Origin: Candidatus Cloacimonadales bacterium
Lineage (GTDB): Bacteria; Cloacimonadota; Cloacimonadia; Cloacimonadales; JAIOQZ01
Direction of reading: 5' to 3'
Assembly (NCBI GenBank): GCA_963674825.1
Contig: OY771587.1
Span: 2,496,001-2,560,000, forward strand
DNA: 64,000 bases
A program made the position numbers and the translations under genes. A model generated the notes under the pieces. It saw nothing but the letters and a program-made list of their open reading frames with translations, was not told where the DNA came from and did not search any database. Shown here one piece after another: positions 28,701 through 37,125 of this stretch. How positions within the stretch are numbered: the first letter of the stretch is position 1; each line of letters begins with the position of its first letter.

Positions 28701-28919
28701 TCGCTTCTGGCGAGGCCGGGAAGGTTGCTCGAGGTAGAGAAGGCGATGACAGGCCAAAGCCCGATTCATGGCCTCACAGATGATGCCGAAGCAGTGCTCA
28801 GAAAGATTCTGGAGAACGAGATTGGCGGACGCTGGTCGTCAGAATACAAGATCCCGGCGTTCATAGGGATGGTAAACGATCTCTTCCGCGAACTGGCAGT
28901 GAAAGGAGGGCTGAGATGA
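25758..28919 (+). CDS. Xanthine dehydrogenase-family Mo-binding subunit fused to a C-terminal FAD-binding subunit
   Basis: GGSFGGK, AYRGFG.PQ, GAKSLGE; then LAGGTDL, QIRNRATIGGN. Confidence 0.9.
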   Translation: MIGERVIRIDGEAKVRGRAQFGDDLNLPGMLYASCRFADITCGKITRIDLSKAKEVPGVVRIAMHDDVPGKPTIGLIRQDQYPLVDDRVYYQGDVIAIVAATTLEAARKAAEAIEVEYEAEEGIYDIEEAYKPGAKLIHPEYETNVVVHYPLRKGDVEKGFAESDRVMERTYRTGYHEHAYIEPETVAAESDINSGGVRVYGSIQNPYNTRGILAGFLGVPLNRVNVLASVLGGSFGGKDDTATAMACRVALLALLTERPVKLTYRREESFRESYKRHPYILRYKVGYNTDGKLTAMKIDILADSGAYSSQTFFVNWRSVVQATGPYVVPNVHTDIRGVYTNNVYTGAYRGFGSPQIIFAQETLMDEIAAECGLSPTEIREINGFKNGSKTASGQALDGHEVSVLQVMKRAVEKSDFQRKREQYIQKEDDRYRYGIGLAISHRGCSLGAEGTDAAAAVVSMQPDGSVYVITGLTENGQGLKTTYCMIAAKELGVELSDIVFLDPETATVTDSGATVASRGTLMGGKAVEVAAKEVKKRLFGSVKEHFEAETPDDLVWKDGMIHREGYESLAMKDVAKKTAFSGVNLSAYGWYRMPDAEWHHHTGQGRAYNTFVYGCQVAEIRVEKSTGKLEVLKITAVHDAGTIVNRTGAEGQVYGGVAQGMGYGMLEDYNVQNGVLKSENLDEYLIPTAMDVPDIDAEFIENPDDYGPSGAKSLGEPTLELTAAAVNNAFAHAMGRPSDSIPINLEKALIGKPLNKPHRSSETGEAKKLRLGNLSVEQPATIAEALDMNRDQAARYLAGGTDLLVQLRNSAKSARLIDLSRIPELTTFTHKRIGSGVTFTKLLQDTELMAKYPVLREAISRIGALQIRNRATIGGNIVNAAPCADSVPPLILYDAKLRIVGHDGEREVNAADFVRGAYRTALKRGEILESILLPEPEGNFLWAYYQLGRRNAMNITRMSCAITAKLDSSGIIEGCRIVQGSLLARPGRLLEVEKAMTGQSPIHGLTDDAEAVLRKILENEIGGRWSSEYKIPAFIGMVNDLFRELAVKGGLR

Positions 28920-29383
28920 AACGTATCCAATTGAATGTGAACAGTATAGATCATGTAATCGAAGTAGAGGACAATCGCAGATTACTGGATGTTCTGCGCG
29001 AAGACTTGGGTCTCACCGGTACCAAGGAAGGCTGCGGCATCGGCGAATGCGGAGCCTGCACGGTGATTCTGAACGGTGAAGCGGTTAATTCATGCCTGGT
29101 CCTGGCGGTTCAAGCCGATGGCGGAACCATACTCACGGTGGAAGGGCTGGAGCAGGAGGGCGAGATGAGCCGCCTGCAGAAAGCGTTTCTGGAGCATGGG
29201 GCGGTTCAGTGCGGCTTTTGCACACCTGGCATGTTGATGTCTTCCAAAGCACTTCTTGACCGCAATCCGCATCCCTCCGAAGCGGAGATTCGCGAGGCGA
29301 TCGCCGGTAACCTTTGTCGCTGTACTGGCTACAAGCAGATTGTGGAAGCTGTCGGGGCTGCCGCGAACGAGCTGGACGCATGA
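28916..29383 (+). CDS. Xanthine dehydrogenase-family 2Fe-2S subunit
   Basis: GCGIGECGAC, QCGFCTPG, LCRCTGY. Confidence 0.95.
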   Translation: MKRIQLNVNSIDHVIEVEDNRRLLDVLREDLGLTGTKEGCGIGECGACTVILNGEAVNSCLVLAVQADGGTILTVEGLEQEGEMSRLQKAFLEHGAVQCGFCTPGMLMSSKALLDRNPHPSEAEIREAIAGNLCRCTGYKQIVEAVGAAANELDA

Positions 29384-30720
29384 AACTGCTAAAGCGGGTG
29401 CGTATCCCGCGAAACAATCGCACGAAAGTCGTGCATATTGCTTATGACCGGATTATTCATGCAATATATAGCGAGCTCCCGGACGAATCCGAATTCGAAG
29501 AGGTTATCGATCTCAATGGAAAGATCGTATTACCCGGCTGCATAGACGCGCATGTCCATTTCAACGATCCCGGTTTCACCGAGCGTGAGGATTTCACGAC
29601 CGGTACCGCTGCCGCAGCGGCAGGTGGTATCACCACGGTCATCGACATGCCGTGCACATCGCTGCCGCCTGTGACCGATATCTCCGCGCTGCGAATCAAG
29701 CTTGAGGCAATCTCCGAGAAAGCTGTTGTCGATTACGCGCTCTGGGGCGGAATTCGTGCTAACGATTCATTCTCTGAAATGCGCATTGAGCGACTCTGGG
29801 ATGAAGGTGTTACCGGATTTAAGATCTACACCGTTTCCGGTATGGATACCTTCGCGGCACTCTCCTATCGCCAGATCGACCGAATCTTCCGTGTTTTCAA
29901 CAATTCCAGCCTGCTGTTCGCATTCCATGCGGAGGACACGGAAATCATCGGGGACGCAATCTGTGATCCCTCTGACTGGCGTAATTTCATCAAGATCCGT
30001 AGTGTCGAGGCAGAATGTGAAGCGATACGAAAGATTCTTCTCACGCAACATGATAACAGAATTCATTTCGTGCATGTCAGCTCGAAGGCCGGTGCGGAAA
30101 TGATCCTCGAAGCCAGACGCAATGAGCATGATGTAACCTTCGAGACCTGTCCGCACTATCTGGAATTTATATGGAAGGATTACGCGCAACTCAAAGGTAA
30201 GCTAAAGACGGTTCCGCCGGTCAAGCGGGATACCGATCGCAGGGCTTTACGGCAGATGGTAGCCAGCGGAGACGTCGATTTCATCACCACCGATCACGCT
30301 GGTGTCGATTATGCGCAGGGCAAGGATATGGTGCGGTTTGAGGACATCTATTGCGGTATTCCCGGAACGCAGACGATGGTGCCGTATATCGTCTCGGAAT
30401 ACTACGTCCGGCGAGGTGTGCCGCTTCAAACAGTGGCAAATCTGCTATCCACGAATGCGGCGAAACGTCATGGACTCTATCCGCGCAAGGGAGCTCTGGA
30501 AGTGGGATCGGATGCGGATTTCACGGTTATCGAGCTGGATGTGGATGAGGTATTCGACGAATCAAGCCTGCGCAGTAAAGGCAGATACAGTCCTTTCAAC
30601 GGCAGGAAATTCCCGGCAGTAGTTGACCAGACCATTGTTCGAGGTAGAACAGTCTATTCCCGCGCGAATCCAGAGCGGATCAAACCCGGTTACGGGGAGT
30701 GGATCCGTCGAACTACGTAG
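29380..30720 (+). CDS. allB: Allantoinase/dihydroorotase-family cyclic amidohydrolase
   Basis: DAHVHFNDPG, GGITTVIDMP, HAED, ETCPHYL, TDHA. Confidence 0.75.
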   Translation: MKLLKRVRIPRNNRTKVVHIAYDRIIHAIYSELPDESEFEEVIDLNGKIVLPGCIDAHVHFNDPGFTEREDFTTGTAAAAAGGITTVIDMPCTSLPPVTDISALRIKLEAISEKAVVDYALWGGIRANDSFSEMRIERLWDEGVTGFKIYTVSGMDTFAALSYRQIDRIFRVFNNSSLLFAFHAEDTEIIGDAICDPSDWRNFIKIRSVEAECEAIRKILLTQHDNRIHFVHVSSKAGAEMILEARRNEHDVTFETCPHYLEFIWKDYAQLKGKLKTVPPVKRDTDRRALRQMVASGDVDFITTDHAGVDYAQGKDMVRFEDIYCGIPGTQTMVPYIVSEYYVRRGVPLQTVANLLSTNAAKRHGLYPRKGALEVGSDADFTVIELDVDEVFDESSLRSKGRYSPFNGRKFPAVVDQTIVRGRTVYSRANPERIKPGYGEWIRRTT

Positions 30721-30724
30721 TCTC

Positions 30725-30960
30725 TGAGCAACTCTCTATTGGATCGCCAAGCTCCTGCTTGGCATTCCCCTTGAGCAACTCTCTTTTGGATCGCCAAGCT
30801 CCAGCTTGGCATTTCCCTTGAGCAACACTCTATTGGATCGCCAAGCCCCAGCCTGGCATTCCCCTTGAGCAACCCTCTATTGAAGCGCCAAGCTCCAGCC
30901 TGCATTCCCCTTGAGCAACTCTCTTTTGGATCGCCAAATTCCAGCTTGGCATTTTCTTGA
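30725..30960. repeat. Five tandem ~47-bp REP-like palindromic units
   Basis: Unit TGAGCAACTCTCTWTTGGATCGCCAAGCTCCAGCTTGGCATTYCCCT starting at 30725, 30772, 30819, 30866 and 30912. Confidence 0.9.
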
Positions 30961-31018
30961 AGTAACCAAGCGTACATATCTCTCATGTACGCCGGCACCT
31001 CGCCAATTCTACCCTCTA

Positions 31019-31459
31019 TTATTGATCGATCTTGTAGTCGAGTGCCTTGAGCGTCAGGCTGATATCCTTGATGTAGAACAACAGAGAAATGATCAGCGAG
31101 ACCAGGCAGAGGAAGAACTCAACCACGATGATGATGGTAATGGGCAGCCTGTAGAGCTGAGAGATGAACAACGTGATGATAATAAGCGCCGCCATCAACA
31201 CCGAACCAATCATCAATATAATGCCCGACCTCAGATTTTTTGCCCGTTTGTATAAATTTTCAATCTGCATGTGCAGTACGCGCTCCATTTCTGGTTCTAC
31301 GACCTTTTTCTCGTCGGTCAGTTGCCGAACGCGGTCAATCACACGAGCAATGCGGTTTGTCATGGAAAGCAGTAACAGCCCGATACCGGAAATCAACACC
31401 ACCGGCGAAATGGACGACTGCATGAGTGACGAAAGTTCCTGAATGCTATCGACGTTCAT
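31019..31459 (-). CDS. DUF2721-like membrane protein
   Basis: ISPVVLISGIGLLLLSMTNRIARVIDR, three hydrophobic helices. Confidence 0.8.
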   Translation of the reverse strand: MNVDSIQELSSLMQSSISPVVLISGIGLLLLSMTNRIARVIDRVRQLTDEKKVVEPEMERVLHMQIENLYKRAKNLRSGIILMIGSVLMAALIIITLFISQLYRLPITIIIVVEFFLCLVSLIISLLFYIKDISLTLKALDYKIDQ

Positions 31460-32246
31460 CGATCCTCCTCTTTATGGCGCGAATCGTTTCGGCGTCCGTT
31501 CCGCAACAGCCACCGACCATTCTCGCTCCCAGTTCGATCGCTTTTTCTACCCATTCCGCGAATTGTCCAGCCGAAAATGGGTAAATCCCTCTCTGAGGTA
31601 TTCCCGCGTTGGGTTTGTACACGATTGGAGTATTGGGAAAAAGTTTGCAGAGCGATTCCACATAGCGTAGCATCTCCTGTGGACCGTTTCCGCAATTAAC
31701 GCCGATCGCTGTTACACCGGCGTCCAGCGCTGCTTGCGCACACCGAATCAGGTTCTTTTCAACAGGTGAGAAGGTGCAAACGATGGGCAATGTTGACGCG
31801 TTACGGCATGCTTTTACGGCGATAGCTGCCTCGTCAGGATCGCGCAAGGTTTCGATAGTGAGTATATCCGCGCCGCTTTCGCTGAGGATCAATGCTTGTT
31901 CGTGCCAGGCGTCGAAGCTGATTTCGGGATCAAGACAGGTAGGGCCTATTGTTCCGCTGACCAGCCGGCTGGGTCCTGCAGCATTCCGGGAGATCTCAAC
32001 CGCCTTCCGGTTGATCTCTTTCAGATTGCCTTCTATTAGCCGATGTCGGTTTGCGCCGAAAGTATTCGTGCCGATAATCATGCTGCCGGCATCGACGTAC
32101 GATTTCGCGATTGCCAGAACGCGATCCGGTTGCTGTATATTGGCTGTCTCCACGCAGCCGAGATCCAGCAATTGGTATCCCCAGCCACCATCCAGGAGAA
32201 TAATCCGGTTTTCCTGTAGCAATTGCTCGAGTGTTGGTTTCTTCAT
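31446..32246 (-). CDS. Homocysteine S-methyltransferase domain protein
   Basis: LLDGG.G, TNTFGA, GVNCG, KPNAG.P, GGCCGT. Confidence 0.9.
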   Translation of the reverse strand: MKKPTLEQLLQENRIILLDGGWGYQLLDLGCVETANIQQPDRVLAIAKSYVDAGSMIIGTNTFGANRHRLIEGNLKEINRKAVEISRNAAGPSRLVSGTIGPTCLDPEISFDAWHEQALILSESGADILTIETLRDPDEAAIAVKACRNASTLPIVCTFSPVEKNLIRCAQAALDAGVTAIGVNCGNGPQEMLRYVESLCKLFPNTPIVYKPNAGIPQRGIYPFSAGQFAEWVEKAIELGARMVGGCCGTDAETIRAIKRRIDERR

Positions 32247-32314
32247 AAGTGCAGAGGAAATCATGCGCGGAAGATTGTCGAGAAAAACCAGTAGATATAA
32301 CATTTTGAAGAAAT

Positions 32315-32343
32315 AGAGAAACCCGTGCGTGACGGGTTTCTCT
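32315..32343 (-). terminator. Intrinsic terminator
   Basis: AGAGAAACCCGT-gcgtg-ACGGGTTTCTCT. Confidence 0.7.
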
Positions 32344-32369
32344 GGGGATTTTATGAGAGTTGGGGAGGT

Positions 32370-35300
32370 TTATTCAATTTCGATGAGATTATCGTCCGGC
32401 TTGGGATCAATCAAGATGTGATAGGGATCGATACCGGCAAGGTCTGGTTTCTCATCGACGGTCAGAGTAATGCTGCCCTCGAGGTTACTGAGGAGCCTTT
32501 TCTGCATAAAGATCGGGCGGCCGGGTTTGATACCGTCGCTGTCCGCGAATAGCGCAACATCGACCATTGTATCCATCGGCGTTATTGTTTTGCTTCCAAG
32601 GCTGTCTGAAACAACTCTTTCAGCGCTGTACTGTAATGTAACCTGCCACTTTCCGTCATCGAGCTGTGTCGCTTCCACATTTGTCGCTTTGTTGTCGTAG
32701 AGCACAATACGGCGGAAGAGGTCGTCCATTGTCGATTGTAGTGAATCAGGTGTTACGGCATCAAGCAGCGCCAGATATTCCAGCGAATTGGTGTAGGGAG
32801 GTTCCTGGTAGCCAACCTGCCGAATGTATTCCTGCATCGTCTGGTTCACGACATCCTCTCCCAGGTAATCCTGTGCGGCGTACATGACCAAAGAACCCTT
32901 GTTGTAGTGGATATACGCCTGGTTTTCCACCAGGTAGAGTGGCATCTCTTTTTTGCTTTCCGAGCCGCGTCCGTCCATATAGTCATCCAGCTCGTAGCGC
33001 AGGTATTTATCCATCTTGTCCGCGCCCAAGTGCTGCTTCATCACCATCATGGCGGTGTATTGAGCGAAGGCTTCCGCCATCATGACCGATCCCTGTACAT
33101 TACCGCCTATCACCTCATGAGCCCACCATTGGTGTCCCATCTCATGTGATGTGACGTAGAAGGGATAGTCGAGATCCTCGTCGCGCACATTGGCGATGAA
33201 ACCGATCGATTCAGAGAAGGGAATCAGCGTCGGGAACGACTGCGCGTAGCTGTGATAGCGCGGGAATTCTGCGATACGCACCACGCGATGTGGGTATGGA
33301 CTGAAGTTTTTGCTTCCGTACTCGAGCGTGGTCTTTATTCCGTCGATCATACGCTGTACGTTGTAGGGATGATGTTTGTCGTAATAGATCTCGATCGCGA
33401 CATCGTTCCAGTGATCGCGCTTGACCTCGTAGCGTGCCGACATCACCGGGAAATAGTAGAGGATTGGCATATCCATCTTGTACTCGAAATAGTGCCGGCC
33501 TTTCTCCATCCAGTCCATCTGAAGATAGCCCGGTGTAAGCGCTGTCTGGTCTGCTTCTGTGCCGATTACAGCATGGTAATCGATCCAGTCGCCGTCGTCC
33601 GAGACGTAGTTTGACATGCGAGCCTGTATGTCGTCAACATCGGCCATGCGTGGCTTGGGAGGAAGATCGAATTTTCGTCTCGATTTATCGGACGACAGCT
33701 CGTATCCTTCTTCGTAACCAAAGGACGGCAGCACCCGATCCATCGTGAAGAATGTTCCGTTGTATGTCAGGCTGGTTTCCGGACTGCCCTCTCTAAATCC
33801 CTTTTCTTGATAGGAGGCATCAAAGTGGAGTGTCATTTCCTCGCCGGGTTCGAGAGGCGGGTTCAGCTTGAAGATACGATAGCCGTATTTTTTATCGTAT
33901 ATCGCCATCTTATATTCGCGTGAGAGAGAAAGTTCGTTGATGTCCATCTCGGTGTTGATTGTCACGTGCAGTGAATCGATTGTAGCATCAGTTTTGTTTT
34001 TCAGGATCATATCGGCAACAAAATCAGCGTGATTCTCCGATGGGTACAAGTCGACATTCCAGTCCAGTGCGATGACTTTCGGCTGCGGAACGCCACGGAA
34101 CTTGCCGTAATTCTGTTCGTACTCGAACGCGTCTTTCTGATCCTGGCGTGAAGTGGAAAAGTCGTTCAGGATACAGGTGTTGTAGTAAATCCAGCTACCG
34201 GAAAGGATGAACATAGCCAGCAGTGTGGCTGTCGCCCAGCGAAGTTTGCCCTGAAAGCGTCCCGCGGCTACTTTCAGCCGGTTTTTAACATTGTCATCGG
34301 TTCCGCGTACGAAAAACAAGTAGGATATGATTATCATGATGCTCATTGCGATGAGCCAGTGGATCTTGTAACTGAAGTAACCGGGAAGGAATTCGCCGAA
34401 ACCGTTCATATCTGAGTAGGTCAGCCTCGGTGTGCGTCCATAAGCCCATAGTTTGTGCTCAAGCCCGAATTGCGGCATATAGCTGAGCAGCATGTAAACA
34501 GCCAGCACCACCAGATGCGCGACGAATTTGCGGTTGATCAGTATGTGGATCAGAAAGACCATCGACGCTAGCGTGATAAAAGTAAGAAGCTCCAGCGAGA
34601 AAAACTCTGCGTAGAGCGCGAAATTGATCTCGAAGTATCCGCGAAATACCTGCGCGCCGAGTCCGACAAGTGATATCATGATCCACAGCACGACCGGGAT
34701 TACGATGACCGCGATCATCTTGGAAAATAGATAGACACCGGTTTGTACAGGCTGTGAATCGATGAGCAGGTGCATGTTGTGCTCTCGATCGCGCCAGAGG
34801 AGTTCGCCTGTATAGATTGTTAGCAGCACGATCCCCACGAACATGAAAAGCTCGCGAAGTACGCCGATAATCATGTAGGTGACAGGCAACATCGGCGTTC
34901 CGTAGATTGACCCAGTATAGATCACACTCTGGATGAAGAGGAACGCTCCCGCGATGCTGATCACGATAAACCCGGAGCTGCGCATAATGGTCTTAGCTTC
35001 CATCTTGGCAAAGCTGAAGGTCTGCTGGATTGTGTTCCAGAAGGTGAATGTCCTGCTGGGATGGGGAAGAGGAATATCGGTGGAAATCGCGGCTTCAGTT
35101 TGCACTGCCTGATTCTTCTTTGATGAAGCCGTGGTCATGGAAAAACGGAAGTAGGATATTGCCAGGAGCGCTACGGAGAAGGCCAGCCAGACCAGCCTGT
35201 TGATCAGGTAAATCCCGCTGAAGGTCAGGTACCGTGTGTTCTGCTCCGCGACAGACCAGTACTCGGTCATGCGGACCATCGTACTGAAGCCAAAGGGATC

Positions 35301-35966
35301 GAGAATTGCAGCGATATCTTTGGTATCCAATGTCGCTTCCATCAGGTTAATACCGATCAGGTATGCGATGAAAAGTACGATTCCGCCTACATAAACAGGC
35401 ATCATCTTTTTACGCCAGACCACCAGCGCGAAGAAGATTGCACCGGTTGTCAGAACATTGGGAATCACGCTGATGTAATATGGATTCAGGAACGCGAGCA
35501 GATTGAATTGTCCGAACGCTTCCTTGTCCAAACCAGGAAATAGCATCGCGATTCCGAATCCGAATCCGATACCAGTCATGATGAAAGACGATACCAGGAG
35601 ATTCGCGGTAAAACGGCCCATGAGGAGGCTGAAACGCGAGATGGGCTTGGAGAAAAATAGCGGGAAGCTACGTCGTTCATAATCGCGATAGAGAGCATTG
35701 CCCATAAGCGACGCCGTGATAAACAGGCCGAATAGACTCAAGATGCTGGTGATCATCGACATAAAGAAGGGGCTGTTGAGGTGAAGTTTGTCCCCAGTAG
35801 CCGATATCTGGACAGTGATCGCACCGAATTTACCTGCTGCCGAGAGCATGACCATCAGGCCGATAGCCAGCATCACAAGGAAGAAAACCCAGGTGTTACG
35901 CGCCTTGAAGCGGTAGGCGAGTTCGAATCGGAAGATTTCAGCGAAACCTGCTAAGGAATTTTTCAT
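32370..35966 (-). CDS. ABC-2 permease fused to an M1 aminopeptidase domain
   Basis: Two multi-TM permease halves; HEMGHQWW..E, YNKG motifs. Confidence 0.9.
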   Translation of the reverse strand: MKNSLAGFAEIFRFELAYRFKARNTWVFFLVMLAIGLMVMLSAAGKFGAITVQISATGDKLHLNSPFFMSMITSILSLFGLFITASLMGNALYRDYERRSFPLFFSKPISRFSLLMGRFTANLLVSSFIMTGIGFGFGIAMLFPGLDKEAFGQFNLLAFLNPYYISVIPNVLTTGAIFFALVVWRKKMMPVYVGGIVLFIAYLIGINLMEATLDTKDIAAILDPFGFSTMVRMTEYWSVAEQNTRYLTFSGIYLINRLVWLAFSVALLAISYFRFSMTTASSKKNQAVQTEAAISTDIPLPHPSRTFTFWNTIQQTFSFAKMEAKTIMRSSGFIVISIAGAFLFIQSVIYTGSIYGTPMLPVTYMIIGVLRELFMFVGIVLLTIYTGELLWRDREHNMHLLIDSQPVQTGVYLFSKMIAVIVIPVVLWIMISLVGLGAQVFRGYFEINFALYAEFFSLELLTFITLASMVFLIHILINRKFVAHLVVLAVYMLLSYMPQFGLEHKLWAYGRTPRLTYSDMNGFGEFLPGYFSYKIHWLIAMSIMIIISYLFFVRGTDDNVKNRLKVAAGRFQGKLRWATATLLAMFILSGSWIYYNTCILNDFSTSRQDQKDAFEYEQNYGKFRGVPQPKVIALDWNVDLYPSENHADFVADMILKNKTDATIDSLHVTINTEMDINELSLSREYKMAIYDKKYGYRIFKLNPPLEPGEEMTLHFDASYQEKGFREGSPETSLTYNGTFFTMDRVLPSFGYEEGYELSSDKSRRKFDLPPKPRMADVDDIQARMSNYVSDDGDWIDYHAVIGTEADQTALTPGYLQMDWMEKGRHYFEYKMDMPILYYFPVMSARYEVKRDHWNDVAIEIYYDKHHPYNVQRMIDGIKTTLEYGSKNFSPYPHRVVRIAEFPRYHSYAQSFPTLIPFSESIGFIANVRDEDLDYPFYVTSHEMGHQWWAHEVIGGNVQGSVMMAEAFAQYTAMMVMKQHLGADKMDKYLRYELDDYMDGRGSESKKEMPLYLVENQAYIHYNKGSLVMYAAQDYLGEDVVNQTMQEYIRQVGYQEPPYTNSLEYLALLDAVTPDSLQSTMDDLFRRIVLYDNKATNVEATQLDDGKWQVTLQYSAERVVSDSLGSKTITPMDTMVDVALFADSDGIKPGRPIFMQKRLLSNLEGSITLTVDEKPDLAGIDPYHILIDPKPDDNLIEIE

Positions 35967-35974
35967 GGTGACTC

Positions 35975-36856
35975 CTATACGATCTCGCTGGTGGGGATGG
36001 TGTGGAAATATACATCTTCCAGCGTTGGCTCCGTCTCCACGAATCCGTCGCCGGGATGCTCTTCCGAATATGCGTGCAGCAGCAGATGACCGCCGTACAG
36101 CCGGTGCGAGATAACCTGATATCGATCCTGGAACGCTGCCAGATCATCCTTGTCGATCTCGACGCGCCAGATTTTACCCTGAAGCTTCTCTACTGAATCG
36201 TGTGGTCTTTCCACCAGTACTACCTGGCCTTTGTGAATAATGGCCATTTCCTGGCAGAGGTTGCGCACATCATCCACGATGTGCGTGGAGAGGATCACGA
36301 TCATGTTTTCGCCCAGCTCGGATAGCAGGTTGTGGAAGTGATTACGCTCTTTAGGGTCGAGTCCCGCGGTGGGTTCGTCTACGATCAGTAGTTCAGGTGA
36401 ACCGAGTAGAGACTGCGCGATGCCGAATCGCTGTTTCATACCACCGGAATATTCCCCTAGCTTTTTCCTGCGATGCTCCCACAGGTTGGTTTTCTTGAGC
36501 AGCGTTTCAACAGTATCCTTGCGCTCACCTCGATTGGATATCCCCTTGAGAACCGCGAAATGATCGAGGAGGTTGAGTGCGGTGACTTTGGGGTAGAAAT
36601 CAAATTCTTGCGGCAGAAAGCCGAGGATTTTTCGCACTTCATGTTTGTCCTTCAGCACGTCGATTCCGTTGAAGTTAATGGTGCCTTCATCTGCTTCCTG
36701 CAGTGTTGCGATGGTGCGCATGAGCGTGGATTTTCCAGCTCCGTTGGGACCGAGTAGCCCGAACATGCCAGGCTTGATGGTGAGGGATACACCCTTGAGC
36801 GCATGGACGCCGTTGGCGTAAGTCTTACTTAATTTATCGATTACGAGTTCCTTCAT
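35975..36856 (-). CDS. ABC transporter ATP-binding protein
   Basis: GPNGAGKS, YSGGM, IVDEPT, STH. Confidence 0.95.
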   Translation of the reverse strand: MKELVIDKLSKTYANGVHALKGVSLTIKPGMFGLLGPNGAGKSTLMRTIATLQEADEGTINFNGIDVLKDKHEVRKILGFLPQEFDFYPKVTALNLLDHFAVLKGISNRGERKDTVETLLKKTNLWEHRRKKLGEYSGGMKQRFGIAQSLLGSPELLIVDEPTAGLDPKERNHFHNLLSELGENMIVILSTHIVDDVRNLCQEMAIIHKGQVVLVERPHDSVEKLQGKIWRVEIDKDDLAAFQDRYQVISHRLYGGHLLLHAYSEEHPGDGFVETEPTLEDVYFHTIPTSEIV

Positions 36857-37125
36857 GAGTACCTCCAATGCAGCAGTTTTAGTGTATGGGTCAACCATTA
36901 CACCACAACTCTTAATGTCAACACAATTCTTGAAATTTATAGATGTTAAGGATCGTGTGCTTTTTTTTAGATCAACATAATGTATTGCGCAGCAATGACA
37001 AAGACGAAGTCGAATCGGCTTCATACATTATTCTTGATCTCTCATTAATACAAAATACTTGGCAGGTGGGAATTCGAAGATAGATTTTTTTTATTGGCAA
37101 AATAAAATACAATCGGAGGATTTTC

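Noticed and set aside
30725..30960. CRISPR array
   Set aside because: Units are contiguous near-identical repeats with no unique spacers, and there are no cas genes in the window
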